NCBI RefSeq assembly: GCF_963921235.1
Contig: NC_086108.1
Coordinates: 12,400,001 to 12,464,000, forward strand
Origin: Mobula hypostoma
Lineage: Eukaryota
Reading direction: 5' to 3'
DNA: 64,000 bases
Part shown: piece by piece, positions 1 to 13,869 of the stretch
How the letters are laid out: every line of letters begins with the position of its first letter
Position numbering within the stretch: the stretch's first letter is position 1
Position numbers and translations under genes: made by a program
The notes under the pieces: model-generated
The model's database searches: none
Seen by the model: only the letters and a program-made list of their open reading frames with translations
What the model was told of the DNA's origin: nothing

Positions 1-1048
1 AGAATGGCAGGCAGTGACTAGTGGGGTACCGCAAGGCTCAATGCTGGGACACCAGTTGTTTACAATATATATTAATGACTTAGACAAGGGAATTAAATGC
101 AGCATCTCCAAGTTTGCGGATGACACGAAGCTGGGCGGCAGTGTTAGCTGTGAGGAGGATGCTAAGAGGATGCAGGGTGACTTGGATGGGTTAGGTGAGT
201 GGGCAAATTCATGGCAGATGCAATTTAATATGGATAAATGTGAAGTTATCCACTTTGGTGGCAAGAACAGGAAAACAGATTATTATCTGAATGGTGGCCG
301 ATTAGGAAAAGGGGAGGTGCAATGAGACCTGGGTGTCATTGTACACCAGTCGTTGAAAGTGGGCATGCAAGTACAGCAGGCGGTGAAAAAGGCGAATGGT
401 ATGCTGGCATTCATAGCAAGAGGATTCGAGTACAGGAGCAGGGAGGTACTACTGCAGTTGTACAAGGCCTTGGTGAGATCACACCTGGAGTATTGTGTGC
501 AGTTTTGGTCCCCTAATCTGAGGAAAGACATTCTTGCCATAGAGGGGGTACAAAGTAGGTTCACCAGATTGATTCCTGAGATGGCAGGACTTTCATATGA
601 TGAAAGACTGGATCGACTAGGCTTATACTCTCTGGAATTTAGAAAATTGAGGGGGGATCTTATTGAAATGTATACAATTCTAAAGAGATTGGACAGGCTA
701 GATGCAGGAAGATTGTTCCCAATCTTGGGGAAGTCCAGAACGAGGGGTCACAGTTTGAGGATAAAGGGGAAGCCTTTTAGGACCGAGATGAGGATAAACT
801 TCTTCACACAGAGAGTGGTGAATCTGTGGAATTCTCTGCCACAGGAAACAGTTGAGGTCAGTTCATTGTCTATATTTAAGAGGGAGTTAGATATGGCCCT
901 TGTGGCTAAAGGGATCAAGGGGTATGGAGAGAAGGCAGGTACAGGGTTCTGAGTTGGACGATCAGCCATGATCATACTGAATGGCGGTGCAGGCCCAAAG
1001 GGCCGAATGGCCTACTCCTGCACCTATTTTCTATGTTTCTATGTTTCT
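1..1048 (+). mobile_element. CR1 LINE 3' portion (RT C-terminus plus 3' UTR), one premature stop
   Basis: ORFs 14-325 (SGVPQGS, FADDTKL) and 353-952 (HLEYCVQFWSP, RTRGHSLRI) are separated by TGA at 323-325. Ends in a CTATGTTT microsatellite tail. Confidence 0.95.
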
Positions 1049-1973
1049 AAGGAACCCCTTCGAATATCGCTGTTTCCCATCACCCCTCGATGGGACTGTC
1101 TTGTTGCAGGGAAACAAGCCCAGTGGTTGCAATGATTTTATATGTTCATACGAGGAAAATATGCGCTGTGTGTTTAATATCCAAACGTTACTTAAAATGT
1201 TATAATGCTATTGACTTATAAGTGACTTATAATTGACTTATCACTATATTCATGCAAGGAAAATATGCACTGTGTGCTCAATATTAAATCTGTTAGATAA
1301 GCCCTTTTAGAAACGAAATTGAGTATATTAGCCACTTATAAGTGACTTATAGTTGACTTATCACCTATATTCCGGTCGTGATTAACACCCCTGCCCCAGG
1401 GTTGCCAACTATCTCATATTAGCCAAGACATCCCGTATATTGGGCTAAATTGGTTTGTCCCATACAGGACTGCCCTTGTCCCGTATTTCCCCCACTAAGG
1501 TAGTGTGTTCCTATGAAACCTTTCATGCCGAAGTGGCGTAAAGCGAAGAAGCAATTACCATTCATTTATATGGGAAAAACTTTTGAGCTTTCCCAGACCC
1601 AAAAAATAACCTACCAAATCATACCAAATAACACATAAAACCTAAAATAACACTAACATATCATAAAAGCAGGAATGATATGATAAATACACAGCCTATA
1701 TGAATTAAAAATAATGTATGTACAGTGTAGTTTCACTGAACAGAATCGCCAAAAACGATCTGTAAAAAAAAATCGGCACGTACACGCATGTGCACACAAG
1801 TGCCCGCGCAAGGCTTCATGGTCATGGTAGTCTTTCTCAGGGTAAACACAACATATTTGACTGCTACTTCAGTCCGTTGGCAACCCTATCCCCCACCCCC
1901 CCGGTCGGCCGGTCCGCAAGAATATTGTCAATAATAAACCAGTCCACAGTGCAAATAAGGTTGGGGACCCCTG
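1049..1973. mobile_element. hAT/Charlie-like non-autonomous DNA transposon, left end interrupted by the CR1
   Basis: Right end AAGGTTGGGGACCCCTG (1957-1973) resembles Charlie/MER-type termini. Internal GACTTATAAGTGACTTAT repeats. Confidence 0.55.
1397..1888. mobile_element. Nested MITE-like element with 12-bp TIR
   Basis: AGGGTTGCCAAC (1398-1409) and GTTGGCAACCCT (1876-1887) form a perfect inverted repeat with an hAT-like terminus. No clear TSD. Confidence 0.6.
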
Positions 1974-3090
1974 CAGTAGTGGACAAATTATTGGAAGGAA
2001 CAGGATATATAAATATTTGGATACACAGAGCCTGACTGGGGATAGACAGTATGGCTTTGTGCATGGTAGGTCATGTCTAATCAATATTATAGAGTTTTCC
2101 AAAGAAGCTACTAGGAAAGTTGATGAAGGAAAGTCAGTGAATGTTGTCTACATGGACTTTAGTAAGGCATTTGACAAGGTCCCGCATGGGAGGTTGGTCA
2201 AGAAGGTTCAGTTGTTTTACATTCAGTAAATCGGATTCAATATTAGCTTCATGGGAGAATCAAGAGAGCGGTGGTGGAGGGTTGCCTGTCTAACTGGAGG
2301 CCGATGACTAGTGGTGTGCCGTAGGGATTGGTGCTGAGTCAGTTGCTGTCATCTGTATCAGTGATATGGATGATAATGTGGAAAACTGGATAAGCAACTT
2401 TGCAGATGACACCAAAGTTGGGAATGTAGTGGACAGTGAGGAAGTCCATCAAAGCTTGCAGTGGGATCTGTACCAGATGGAAAATGGCAGATGGAATTTA
2501 ATGCAGGCAAGTGTAAGATGTTGCACTTTGGAAGGACAAACCAGGGTAGCTCTTACACAGTGAGCTGTAGGGCACTGGGGAGTGTGGTAGAACAGAGGGA
2601 TTTAGGAATACAAGTACATAATTCCTTGAAAGTTGCAGAAACAGGTAGATAGGATTGTAAAGAAAGCTTTTGGCACTTGGCCCTCATCATCGATCAATGT
2701 ATTGAGTACAAGGAGATGCTGGTGAGGCCTAACTTTAAGCATTGTGTGCAGTTCTGATCAGGAAAGTTATCGGTAAGATTGAAAGAGTACAGAGAAAATT
2801 TACAAGGATGTTGCAGAGATGTAAGTACCTGAGTTATAGAGATAGGTTGAATAAGTTAAGATTGTATTCCCTGGAGCATAGGAGAATGATTTGATAGAGG
2901 TATACAAAATTATAAGTTTATAGACAGATACATTGTAAGTAAGCTTTTTCCAGAGGTTGGGTGTGACTACAACTCGATGTCCTTGGTTAAGACTGAAAAG
3001 TGAAATACTTAAGGGGAACTTGAGAGGGAACTTCTTCACTCAGAGGATGGAACAAGCTGCCAGTGGAAGTAGTTGATGTGGGTTCGATTG
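1974..3090 (+). mobile_element. Degenerate CR1 RT fragment
   Basis: QYGFVHGRSCL, YMDFSKAFDKVPH, FADDTK and WQMEFNAGKCK are spread across shifted frames. Confidence 0.9.
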
Positions 3091-3527
3091 TCCCATCCTC
3101 CTGTTCTCTCCCCTCTCCTCGCCACCCGCAAACATGTACCCTCAGATCAGTCTCACCATCACCTCACACTCTGTGACATGTTCTAAATGATCAGCATGTT
3201 TGTCTGGCAGCAAAGAGTGGCTTGGCAGGAACTTCCTCCAATAATTTACTGGGAAGATTGAAAACATTATCTTTTGTCTAAAATATCAGAACTGGACCTG
3301 CCCAGGGACTCCCCACCTCCCTTCATGCATAGTTCCATCATCTCCAGTTTAGTTGGGGAACAGTCCAATCCATACAACAGTCCAGTGTTGTATCTTAATC
3401 ATTCATGGTTGACATAATTATTACCTTATTTCTTTGCATGAGCAGATCAGATATGTGAACCAAGCACCGAAAACTCAGAGATAAGCTCACTTCTCAATGG
3501 TCATTCAAACCATTGTGGTTATCCTAT

Positions 3528-4110
3528 GCAACACATACAAAATGCTGGAGGAATTCAGCAAGTCAGTCAGCATCTTGAAAACAAATAAACAGTCGATGTT
3601 TTGGGTCGAGACCCTTCTTCAGGACTGAGAAGAAAGGGGGAAGACGGCAGAATAAAAAGGTTGGGGGGAGGGTGAAGAGACTAGTTGGAAGGTGATAAGT
3701 GAAGCCAGATGGGTGGGAAAGGTCAAGGGCTGAAGAAGGAGGAAACTGATAAGAGAGGAGAGTGGACAATAGGAGAAAGGGAAGGAGGAGGGAACCCAGG
3801 GGGAGGTGATAGGCAGGTGAGAAGAGATAAAAGATCAAAATGGGGAATAGAGGAAGGAGTGGGGCTAATTTGCTTACAGGAAGGAGAAATCAATATTCAT
3901 GCCATCAGGTTGGAGGATACCCAGATGGAATACAACATATTGCTCCTCCACCCTGAAGGTAGCCTCACCTTGGCCCATACCATCACGTTGGAATGGGAAT
4001 TAAGATGTTTGACCATCGGGAAGTTCAGCTTTTGGCAGGTGGAGCAGAGGTTCCCCCAGATGACCACGGGTCTCGCCAATGTAGAGGAGGCCACTTCAGG
4101 AGCACTGGAC
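3528..4110 (-). mobile_element. Penelope-like element 3' part (GIY-YIG C-terminus plus pseudo-LTR)
   Basis: Reverse complement matches the copies at 26410-26980, 28080-28710 and 62320-62835, which read RLEEQHLIFRLGSLQPDGMNIDF. Carries a decayed hammerhead motif at 3590-3627. Confidence 0.8.
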
Positions 4111-4384
4111 AAAATCTTATCTCAAGGTCTGTTGCTCCCAGATCGAGTAGTGTAGATTGTTAATCCTCATTATCCTCAAGTATCCAAACCACCTTATTTC
4201 TTTGTGTTGTAAGGGTGACAGTGTCCAGCATTTCTATCCTGATTCAAGATGGTAATTCCCCACCATTTTGGATTTCGAGGGGTACATGACACTTTGAAGG
4301 GAACAGATTTCAGTTCCCCACCCCCAGTATTAGATTAACAGCCCTCTCTAGTGGGGGGCTGGAAACCATCCAGTAGCAAGTGTG

Positions 4385-4637
4385 CTTATTTGGAGATACA
4401 GTGCGTTAACAGGCCCTTCCAGCCCAATGAGCTCACACCGCCCAATTACACCCATGTGACCAAATAACTTACTAAACCATACACCTTTGGAATGTGGGAG
4501 GAAACCGGAGCACCAAGAGGAAACCTTCATGGTTAAAAGGAGAGCGTTAAAACCCCTCACAGACAGCAGTGAGAATTGAACCCAGAACGCCGGCACTTTA
4601 ATAGCATTACAGCAATCGTTATACTGCCATGCCACCC
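4385..4637 (-). mobile_element. tRNA-derived SINE (V-SINE/HE1-like)
   Basis: Minus strand has a B-box-like GGGTTCAATTC. Similar copies at about 25450-25600 (+) and 53690-53960 (-). Confidence 0.65.
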
Positions 4638-4924
4638 CTAATTTAGAACATAGAACAGTACAGCACAGAAACAGGCCCCTTAGTGCACACTATTGTGCCA
4701 AACTTATTACATTAGTAACCAAATGACTAACTAATCTCTTCTGCCTAGACAATACCTACATTCCTTCATTTTCCTTATTTTTATGTGCCCTTCTAAACAT
4801 CCCTTAAAATTCTCTTCATAAGGAAACTGCAACAGCGATTCAAATTCAGAATGCAGAAATAAAATACTGACTGTCCATTTCTCTCCATGCTTGCTACCTG
4901 ACCTGCTGAATTCTCTTCAGTTCA

Positions 4925-7175
4925 TTAAAAAGAGGTGACATAAGGTTGGAAGGTGTTGAATCATTGTGGATAGAGCTAAGGGTAAAAAAAACCCTTATGG
5001 GAGTTGTATACAGACCCCCACAAACAGTAGCAAGGATATGGCCTACAGATTACAATGGGAGATAGAAAATTCATGCCAAAAGGGCAATACAGTATTACAA
5101 CAGTCATGGGGAACTTCAATATGTAAGTAGTTTGGGAAAATCAGGCTGGTACTGGATTCCATGAGGGAAACTTTCCAGAGTGTCTATGACATGGCTTTAT
5201 TCATGGTTGAGCCCACTATGGGATCAGCAATTCTGGATTGGGTGTTGTGCAATGATTAAGAGCTTAAGGTAAAAGAAGCCTCTGGCTTTATTTAGAGCAG
5301 CTCATGGTTGAGCCCACTATGGGATCAGCAATTCTGGATTGGGTGCTGTGCAGTGATTAGAGAGCTTAAGGTAAAAGAAGCCTAAGGGGCAAGTGATCAT
5401 AATTTGATCAAATTCACCTGGAAATTTGAAGAGGAGAAGCTAAAGTCAGGTGTATCATTATTACAGTGGATCAAAGAGAATTACAAAGGGATGAGAGAGA
5501 AGATGGCCAGAATTGATTGGAAAAGAACACGGGTTGGGACGATGGCAGAGCAGCAAAGATTGGACTTTCTGGAAGCAATTCAAAAGGCACAGGATATATT
5601 CATCCCAAAGAGGAAGAAGTCTTTTAAGGAATGATGGCACGACCATGGCTAACAAGTCAAAGGCAACATAAAAACCAAAGAGAGGACATATAATAGACCA
5701 AAAATTAGTGGGAAGTTAGAGGAATGGGAAGCTTTTAAAAACCAACAGAGGACAACTAAAAAAGTCATTAAGCAAGTAAAGATGGAAGAAGAAAGTAAGC
5801 TAGCCAATAATATTAAAGAACATACCAAAAGTTTCTTTAAATACATTAAGTGTAAAAGAAAGGCTAGAGTGAATATTGGACCATTGGAAAATGATGCTGG
5901 AGGGGTAGTAATAGGGGACAAGCAAATGCCAAATGAACTGAATAAGTATTTTGCATCAGTCTTCTGTGTGGAAGACACTAGCAGTATGGTGGAATTTCCA
6001 GGTGGCAGAGGTCATGAAGTGTGTGAAGTTATCATAACTAGAGAGAAAGTTCTTGGGAAACTCAAAGGTCCGGAGGTAGATAAGTCACCTGGACTAAATG
6101 GACTACACCACAGGGTTCTGAAAGAGATTGCTGAAGAGATTGTGGAGCCATTAGTAATGACCTTTCAAGAATCATTAGATTCTGGAATGGTTCTGGAAGT
6201 CTAGAAAATTTCAGATATCACTCCACTCTTCAAGAAGGGAGAGAGGCAGAGGCAAAGAGACTATAGGCTGGTTAGACAGCTATCACTTCAGAAGGGAGAG
6301 AGGCAGAGGAAAGGAAACTATAGACCAGTTAGTCTGAACTCAGTGGTTGGGAAACTGGTGGAGACAAATATTAAGGATGAGGTCTCTGGATTCTTGAAGG
6401 TACATGATAAAATAGACTGTGGTTAGCATGGTTTCCTCAAAGGAAAATCTTACTAGTCGAAGAACCAAGCAGGGTAAGCAAAGCAGAATCGATTGATGTG
6501 TATTTGAATTTTCAGAAGCCCTTTGACAATATGCCATACATGAGGGTGCTTAACAACCCATGGCATTATAGGAAAGATTCTAGCATAGATAAAGCAGTGG
6601 CTGATTGGCGGCACTGGTGAGGAAGTATTATGAGCCATTTTGGACCCCTCATCTTAGAAAGGATGTGCTAAAACAGGAGAGGGTTCAAAGGAGATTCAGG
6701 AAAGTGATTCCAGGTATGAATGGCTTGTCATATGAAGAGCGTTTGATAGCTCTGGGCTTGTGTTCACTAGAATTCAGAAGAATGAGGGGTGACCTCATTG
6801 AAACTTATCGAATGGTGAAAGGCCTTGATAGAGTGGATGTGAAGAGGATATTTCCTGTGGTTGGAGATCCTAAGACCACCACCTCAGAATAAAGGGGCAT
6901 CCTTTTAGAACGGCAATGAGGAGGAATTTCTTTAGCTAGAGAGTGGGGAATCTGTGGAATTCTTTGATATAGGCAGCTGTGGAGGCCAAGTCTTTATGTG
7001 TATTTAAGCCAGCGGTTGATAGATTCTTGATTGGTCAGAGCATGAAGGGATACAGGGTGAAGGTAAGAGATTGGGACTGAGAGGAAAATTGGATCAGCCA
7101 TGATGAAATGGTGGAGCAGACTCAATGGGCCAAATAGCCTGATTCTGCTCCTATATCTTATGGTCTTATGGTCTT
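4925..7175 (+). mobile_element. Long degenerate CR1 ORF2 (endonuclease to 3' tail) with internal deletions
   Basis: KSFFKYIK, VDKSPG, RPVSL and ERVQRRF motifs; TATGGTCT tail; local duplication near 5195-5385. Confidence 0.9.
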
Positions 7176-7334
7176 TTCCAGTATTTGGTGACTCCACAAT
7201 CAATTATTCTTTAGCTCTGACATTATTGGATGAGTTCTAAACTTATCTTCTGTTCCTTGTTTCAGTTATTCCCCTCATTAGGGGCATGCTGCTTTTAACT
7301 CCATTCTCGCTGTGGCAGGAGCGATACCTCTCTC

Positions 7335-7954
7335 TGTTGAAAAGAGAACGGGTGAACCCAAACGCAGGACACTGACACGGAGGTAGCGTAATAGGAAGAG
7401 TGTTTATTAATGGTGGCAGGGAAGGCCGGGGAGCGAGAATTAGGCAGAGGTAAGTCAAGGAGTGAGCAAGACTGGATCGGAGATTGAACCCGGGTCGCTA
7501 CGGTGAGCAATTCTAAGCAGTCAAGAGACAGAGTTAACACAGGCAAACAGCGCGGATGAACGGGAGAGCAGGAGACAGGCAAAGCTTTTCTTGACACAGG
7601 GCGTTGCTGGAGCTGAACGGCAAACTGGAGATAGGCAGCAGGCAGCACTTATCTTGACACGGAGCGGCAAATGGAAAGACCAACGGCAGGCAATACTTAC
7701 CTTGACACAGAGAGACAGAGTTGCACAGGTAAACCTTGGAACTGAAGTAAAACTTAGAATACATCATTCTAAGCGGCTGGGAACGTGAATTACCACGCTG
7801 GCTGAAGCAACGGTCTAGCAACGAGTGGATGCAAAGCCGGGGTTTTTATGCTGCAGGTTTAGATGAGAATCAGATGCTGCATCAACAAGCCCAGGAGAAC
7901 AAGGGGAAAAGGGAATTAGGAGAATAAGAGGAATTAACGGTTGGGACCGTGACA
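7335..7954 (-). repeat. 3' LTR (620 bp)
   Basis: TGTCAC...TCAACA on the minus strand, AATAAA at 7403-7408 (minus), homologous to 9627-10564. Confidence 0.9.
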
Positions 7955-7989
7955 GTATCCCTCCCCAACAGGAGTCTCCAGGCAAACCA

Positions 7990-8127
7990 CCAGGCTTGCC
8001 CGGATTGTCGACGATCCAGGAGGGTGGAGCGGGTTTGGCAGGAGGGCACAACAGGCTGACAGACACAGGTTTCAGCTGGGAGGTGTGGAACGTGAGATGA
8101 ATGCGCCTGGATCTGAGTAACTTGAAT
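7990..8127 (-). pseudogene. Gypsy integrase C-terminal remnant
   Basis: FKLLRSRRIHLTFHTSQLKPV...PP resembles the LPxxxRIHPTFHVSxLKP motif of Gypsy integrases. Confidence 0.8.
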
Positions 8128-9430
<1,303 letters not shown>

Positions 9431-9532
9431 TGATTCAGTTTGTGACAAGACATTGGCTTCTTCTAATTGTCTTTGTAATTGCACAATTTTCTCATTTGAT
9501 ACCCGGGAGCTCTGAGTCACTTCAATCAAGTT
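9431..9532 (-). pseudogene. ROCK1: Rho-associated kinase (ROCK1/2) coiled-coil fragment
   Basis: [30 protein letters not shown] resembles ROCK1 VSQNSQLANEKLSQLQKQLEEANDLLRTES. Which paralog is uncertain. Confidence 0.75.
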
Positions 9533-9549
9533 GCTCTCTGGGCGGAGTT

Positions 9550-9610
9550 TCAGTAGGGAACTCTGGCTGGCGAGGGCTTGTAGGATAGTGTTTGTGTCCG
9601 CTGGGTCCAA
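9550..9610 (-). pseudogene. Gypsy gag N-terminal remnant
   Basis: [20 protein letters not shown] begins 16 nt after the 5' LTR and resembles MDPA.. gag starts of fish Gypsy elements. The start codon reads TTG. Confidence 0.65.
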
Positions 9611-9626
9611 TTTGGCCAGATTGTTC

Positions 9627-10564
9627 TGTTGCAACGAGAACGGGTGAACCCAAACGCAGGACACTGACACAGAGGTAGTGTAATCAGAAGAATGTGTATT
9701 AATGGTTGCAGGGAAGGCCAGGGAGCGAGAATTAGGCAGAAGAAAGCCGAGGAGTGAGCGAGCCTGGACTGGGGATTGAACCCCGGTCGCTACGGCGAGA
9801 ACACAGCATTTAACCACTGAGCCAGCGGAGAGTGTAGACGGACGGCGGGATGAGGCAGAGCAGGGATGCGGACAAGGGGATGAGCGTGGCTGGGGGAGAA
9901 TGGCGGGCGGTATGCCATGCTCCTGTTAAGATGGAGAGACAGAGTTAACACAGGCAAACAGCACGGAAACAAAACTTAGAATGCACAATTCTAAGCATCT
10001 GAGAGACTGGGTAAACACAGGCGAACAGCACAAACAGAACTTAGAATACACAATTCTAAGCAGCCAAGAGACAGGGTTAATACAGGCAAACAGCGCGGAA
10101 ACAAAACTTAGAATACACAATTCTAAGCGGCCTAGCAACAGAGTTAGCACAGGAAAACAGTGCGGATGAACGGAGGAGCAGGAGGCAGGCAAAACTTTTC
10201 TTGACACAGGGCGTTGCTGGAGCTGAACGGCAAATGGGAAACAGGTAACAGACAATACTTATCTTGACACGGAGTGGCAAATGGAAAGACCAACGGCAGG
10301 CAATACTTATCTTGACACAGAGAGACAAAGGTACACAGGTAAACCTCGGTACTGAACTAAAACTTAGAATACACCATTCTAATCGGCCTGAAACATGAAT
10401 TACCACGCTGGCTGAAGCAACAGTCTTGCAACGAGTGGATGCAAAGCCGGGGTTCTTATGCTGCAGGTTTAGATGAGAATCAGGTGCCGCAATCATGGAG
10501 CCCAGGAGAACAAGAAGAAAAGGGAATTCGGAGAATAAGAGGAATTAACGGTTGGACCGTGACA
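9627..10564 (-). repeat. 5' LTR (938 bp) with internal hairpin-containing repeats
   Basis: TGTCAC...GCAACA on the minus strand; 318 bp longer than the 3' LTR. Confidence 0.9.
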
Positions 10565-10949
10565 CTCTCCATCTCGTTAGTGAGAGAGGGGGCCTGTTTG
10601 AGATGTCAAAGTATTGGGAAGGACAGTAGTGTTTGATGGACTCTAGATCACGGTTTCTTTGGGGTTTGCTACTGCTTGCATGGTGGGTGGGGGCTGATGC
10701 TTTCGCTGGAGTAAGTAAGGGGAGGGTTGTTGCATTTGCTGCTGCTTGTGAGTGGGAGGGGCAGTGGAAATTAGGGTTCTAACATTTTCTGTCATTCATT
10801 CTTGGGGTTGCTTATTTCTTTGTTCTGTGGGCGTCTGTCAAGAGTAAGAATTTCAGTTTGTATACTGTAAACATTCTCTGATATTCAGCTGAATCATTGA
10901 GCCATTGAACTGGTGTTTCAGCACGGGACCATATCCGTCACATCAACCT

Positions 10950-11440
10950 GATTAAGTGCAGTTCTGGTCACCCCAATACAGCAAGGTGTGAGGACTCTGG
11001 AAAGTATACAAAAGAGGTTTGCTAATATGTTCAATGACAAACAACACAAAACCTGTAGATGCTTGACTCTACTTTTTTCCATAGATGCTGCCTGGCCTGC
11101 TCAGTTCATCCAGCATTTGGTGTGTGTTGCTAATATGTTTCTTGTACCAGAGGGTAGGAGCTATGAGGAGAGACTGGACAAACTTGTGTTGTGATCACTG
11201 GGGTGGCAGAGGCTAAGGGGAGAGCTCATTAAAGTTGACTGGAAGACCTACATTTCAAATGAAGAGGGGAGTTTAAGGTAGATGTCTGGGGAAAGATCTT
11301 CCAGATAGATTGGTAGATCGGGTTCCAGAGGTTGTCGTAGAAGCAGATATGACAGGTGTTCATGACTCTTAAATAGACACAGGAATATGTAGGGAATGGA
11401 GGAACATGGACTATGTATGGGAAAAGGGCATTTAAAGTTC
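10950..11440 (+). mobile_element. CR1 3' fragment interrupted by a short Penelope insert (11032-11126)
   Basis: QFWSP, LESIQKRF and SYEERLDKL motifs. Insert is flanked by duplicated TTGCTAATATGTT. Confidence 0.75.
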
Positions 11441-11960
11441 AAAATTCAGATTAAATTTTATTATACAACTCTGAGATTCATTTTCTTGTGGGCATACTCA
11501 ACAAATTTATAGAATAGTAACTGTAACAGAATCAATGAAAGATCACACAACTAGGGTATTCAACCAGAGTGCAGAAGACAGCAAATTGTGCAAGTAAAAA
11601 AAGAAGAAACAATAATAATAAACAACTAAGCATTAAATCTCAAGAGCATGTGATGAAGAGTCCTTGAAAGTGAATCCGTTGGTTGTGGGAACATTTTAAT
11701 GATGGGGCAAGTGAAGTTATCCTCTTTTATTCAACAGCCTGGTGGATGAGGGATACTAACTGTTCCTGAACCTGGTGGTGCAAGTTCCGAGGTTCCTGTA
11801 TCTTCTTCCTGATGGCAGCAGCGAGAAGAGAGCATGTCCTGGGTGGCGGGGGTCCCTGATGATGGATGGTGCTTTCCTGCGACAACGTTCGGTGTAGATG
11901 TGCTCAATGGTGAGAAGGGCTTTACCCGTGATGGACTGGGACATATCCACTACTTCTTAT
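11440..11960 (-). mobile_element. Rex1/Babar-type LINE 3' fragment
   Basis: SIIRDPRHPGHALFSLLPSGRRYR..TTRFRNS C-terminal motif. Confidence 0.8.
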
Positions 11961-12836
11961 AGGATCAGTCTACAACTGGAAGACTGCTATAAGAGCAAAG
12001 TGAATATTCTGTCCAAAAGCATTAAATTGATTATGACTTTTGAAGGAATTAGGTATCATTTTCATAATGATGATAAAATGTTTCATGTAACCAAACATTA
12101 AAAATGCTCCAAATATTTACTGTCATCTCCTGTAGACAGTTCCTAGCAAGAAATGACTTCTTTCAAAACACTGCTTTATTTTCTAATTAATTCCACTGAT
12201 GTATTCAATTTCAGCTGACGCATAGCCTGTAATCATCCTCCTGCAATGTTTTCAGGAAAAGGAGATGCAGGATAAGTATGATCAGGGTGAATTTGAGCAA
12301 GAGAAAGGATTGAAAAAGTTATTGGAAGTTCTTGAGAGGCTGAATGGAGATATGTCTAAGGCGCTCCTTCGTTCTGCTAGCCTGCAGGTCACCCTTGGGC
12401 AAGGTGTAGTACCTGCTTAGCCCGTCCCCCATGATCAGGGTCACGTGAAGTCATGGGAGCAGGTGGTGGATGGTCGTATGAGCAGCTGGAGCATATCACA
12501 ACTCCTGATTATGCGACCAGTGACGCAAAGCAGACAATCTCTGAGGAATATTGATTATGGCTGGGGTCACCCGTCTTGTAAAGACACTGCCCAGGAGAAG
12601 TCAATGGCAAACAACTTCTGTGGAAAAGTTTTCAAAGAACAATCATGGTCATGATAATCGGAAAAATGGGGTGGTTCTTCGGGATGAAGTCCTGAATGTC
12701 CTGTGACACTTCCAGTGGCCCAGTGGGGGTGACAGGAGACAGAGGGCAGCAATTGAGGGATGTTTTTCTGGTTGGAAGTCTATGGCCAGTGTGTACGGCA
12801 GGGACTGGCATTGAGATCTTTGCTGTTTGTAATATA

Positions 12837-13389
12837 CGCTCAGTAGCCACTTTATTAGGTGTCTCCTGTCCTTAATAAAGTGGCCACTGAGTGTATGCTC
12901 GTGGTGTTCTGCTACTGTAGCTCATCCACTTCGAAGTTTGATGTGTTGTGCGCTCAGAGATGTCCGTCTGCACACCACTGTTGTAAGGCAGTGTCACTGT
13001 CACCTTCCTGTCAGCTTGTACCAGTCTGGCCATTTTCCTCTGGCCTCTCTTATTAACGAGGCTTTTCTTCCCACAGAGGTGCCACTCACTGGATTTTTTT
13101 TTTGCTTTTCACACCATTCTCTGCAAACTCTAGAGACTGTTACACGTGAAAATCCCTGGAGATCAGCAGTTCCTAAAATACTCAAACCACGCTGTCTCAC
13201 ACCAACAATCATTCCACGGTCAAAGTCACCTAGATCACATTCCTTCCTCATTCTGATGTCTGATCTGAACAAAACTGGACCTTTTAACCATGTCTGCAAG
13301 CTTTTCTGCACTGAGTTTCTGGCACATGATTAGCTGATTAGATATTTGTATTAATCAACAGGTGTCCCTAATAAAGTGGTCACTGAGTG
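12837..13389 (-). mobile_element. Internally deleted Tc1/mariner transposon
   Basis: TIRs CGCTCAGTAGCCACTTTATTAGG and CCTAATAAAGTGGTCACTGAGTG, preceded by TA. HTH remnant DLGDFDRGMIVG..GFSRVTVSRVCREW. Confidence 0.85.
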
Positions 13390-13869
13390 ATCATTGTTGG
13401 CCTTATGCCTTTCTGTGCCCGTTCACCTTAATTCCTTGATCTTCCAAATATTTATCTCTCTACACTTTAAATATATCTGAAGATTGGCCTCCATCACCCT
13501 CGGGGAACAGAAAATTCCAGAGATCCACGACAGTCTGAGGGAAGTAATTTCTACACAACTCAGTTTTTAAACTTAGACTCCTTGTTTTGTGTCCATATCC
13601 CCTTATCCATGACTCTCCCAGCAATGAGAACATCTCAGTATCTACCCTGTCAAGTCCCGTAGAATCTTGTTGGCTTGAATAAAGTTACCCCTCATTCTTT
13701 TATACACCAAGGAATTCATACAAACCCACTATCTAGCCAAAACTGATACAACACCAGTCTTGTCTTCCATAGATGCTGCCTGACCTGTTGAGTTCCTCCA
13801 GTATTTTGTGCGTGCTGTTTTGGATTATGAGCATCTGCAGATTTTTTTTGGTGCATATACTTAATGACC

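Noticed and set aside
5195..5385. Tandem duplication as a regulatory repeat
   Set aside because: Ordinary local duplication inside a decayed CR1 endonuclease region.
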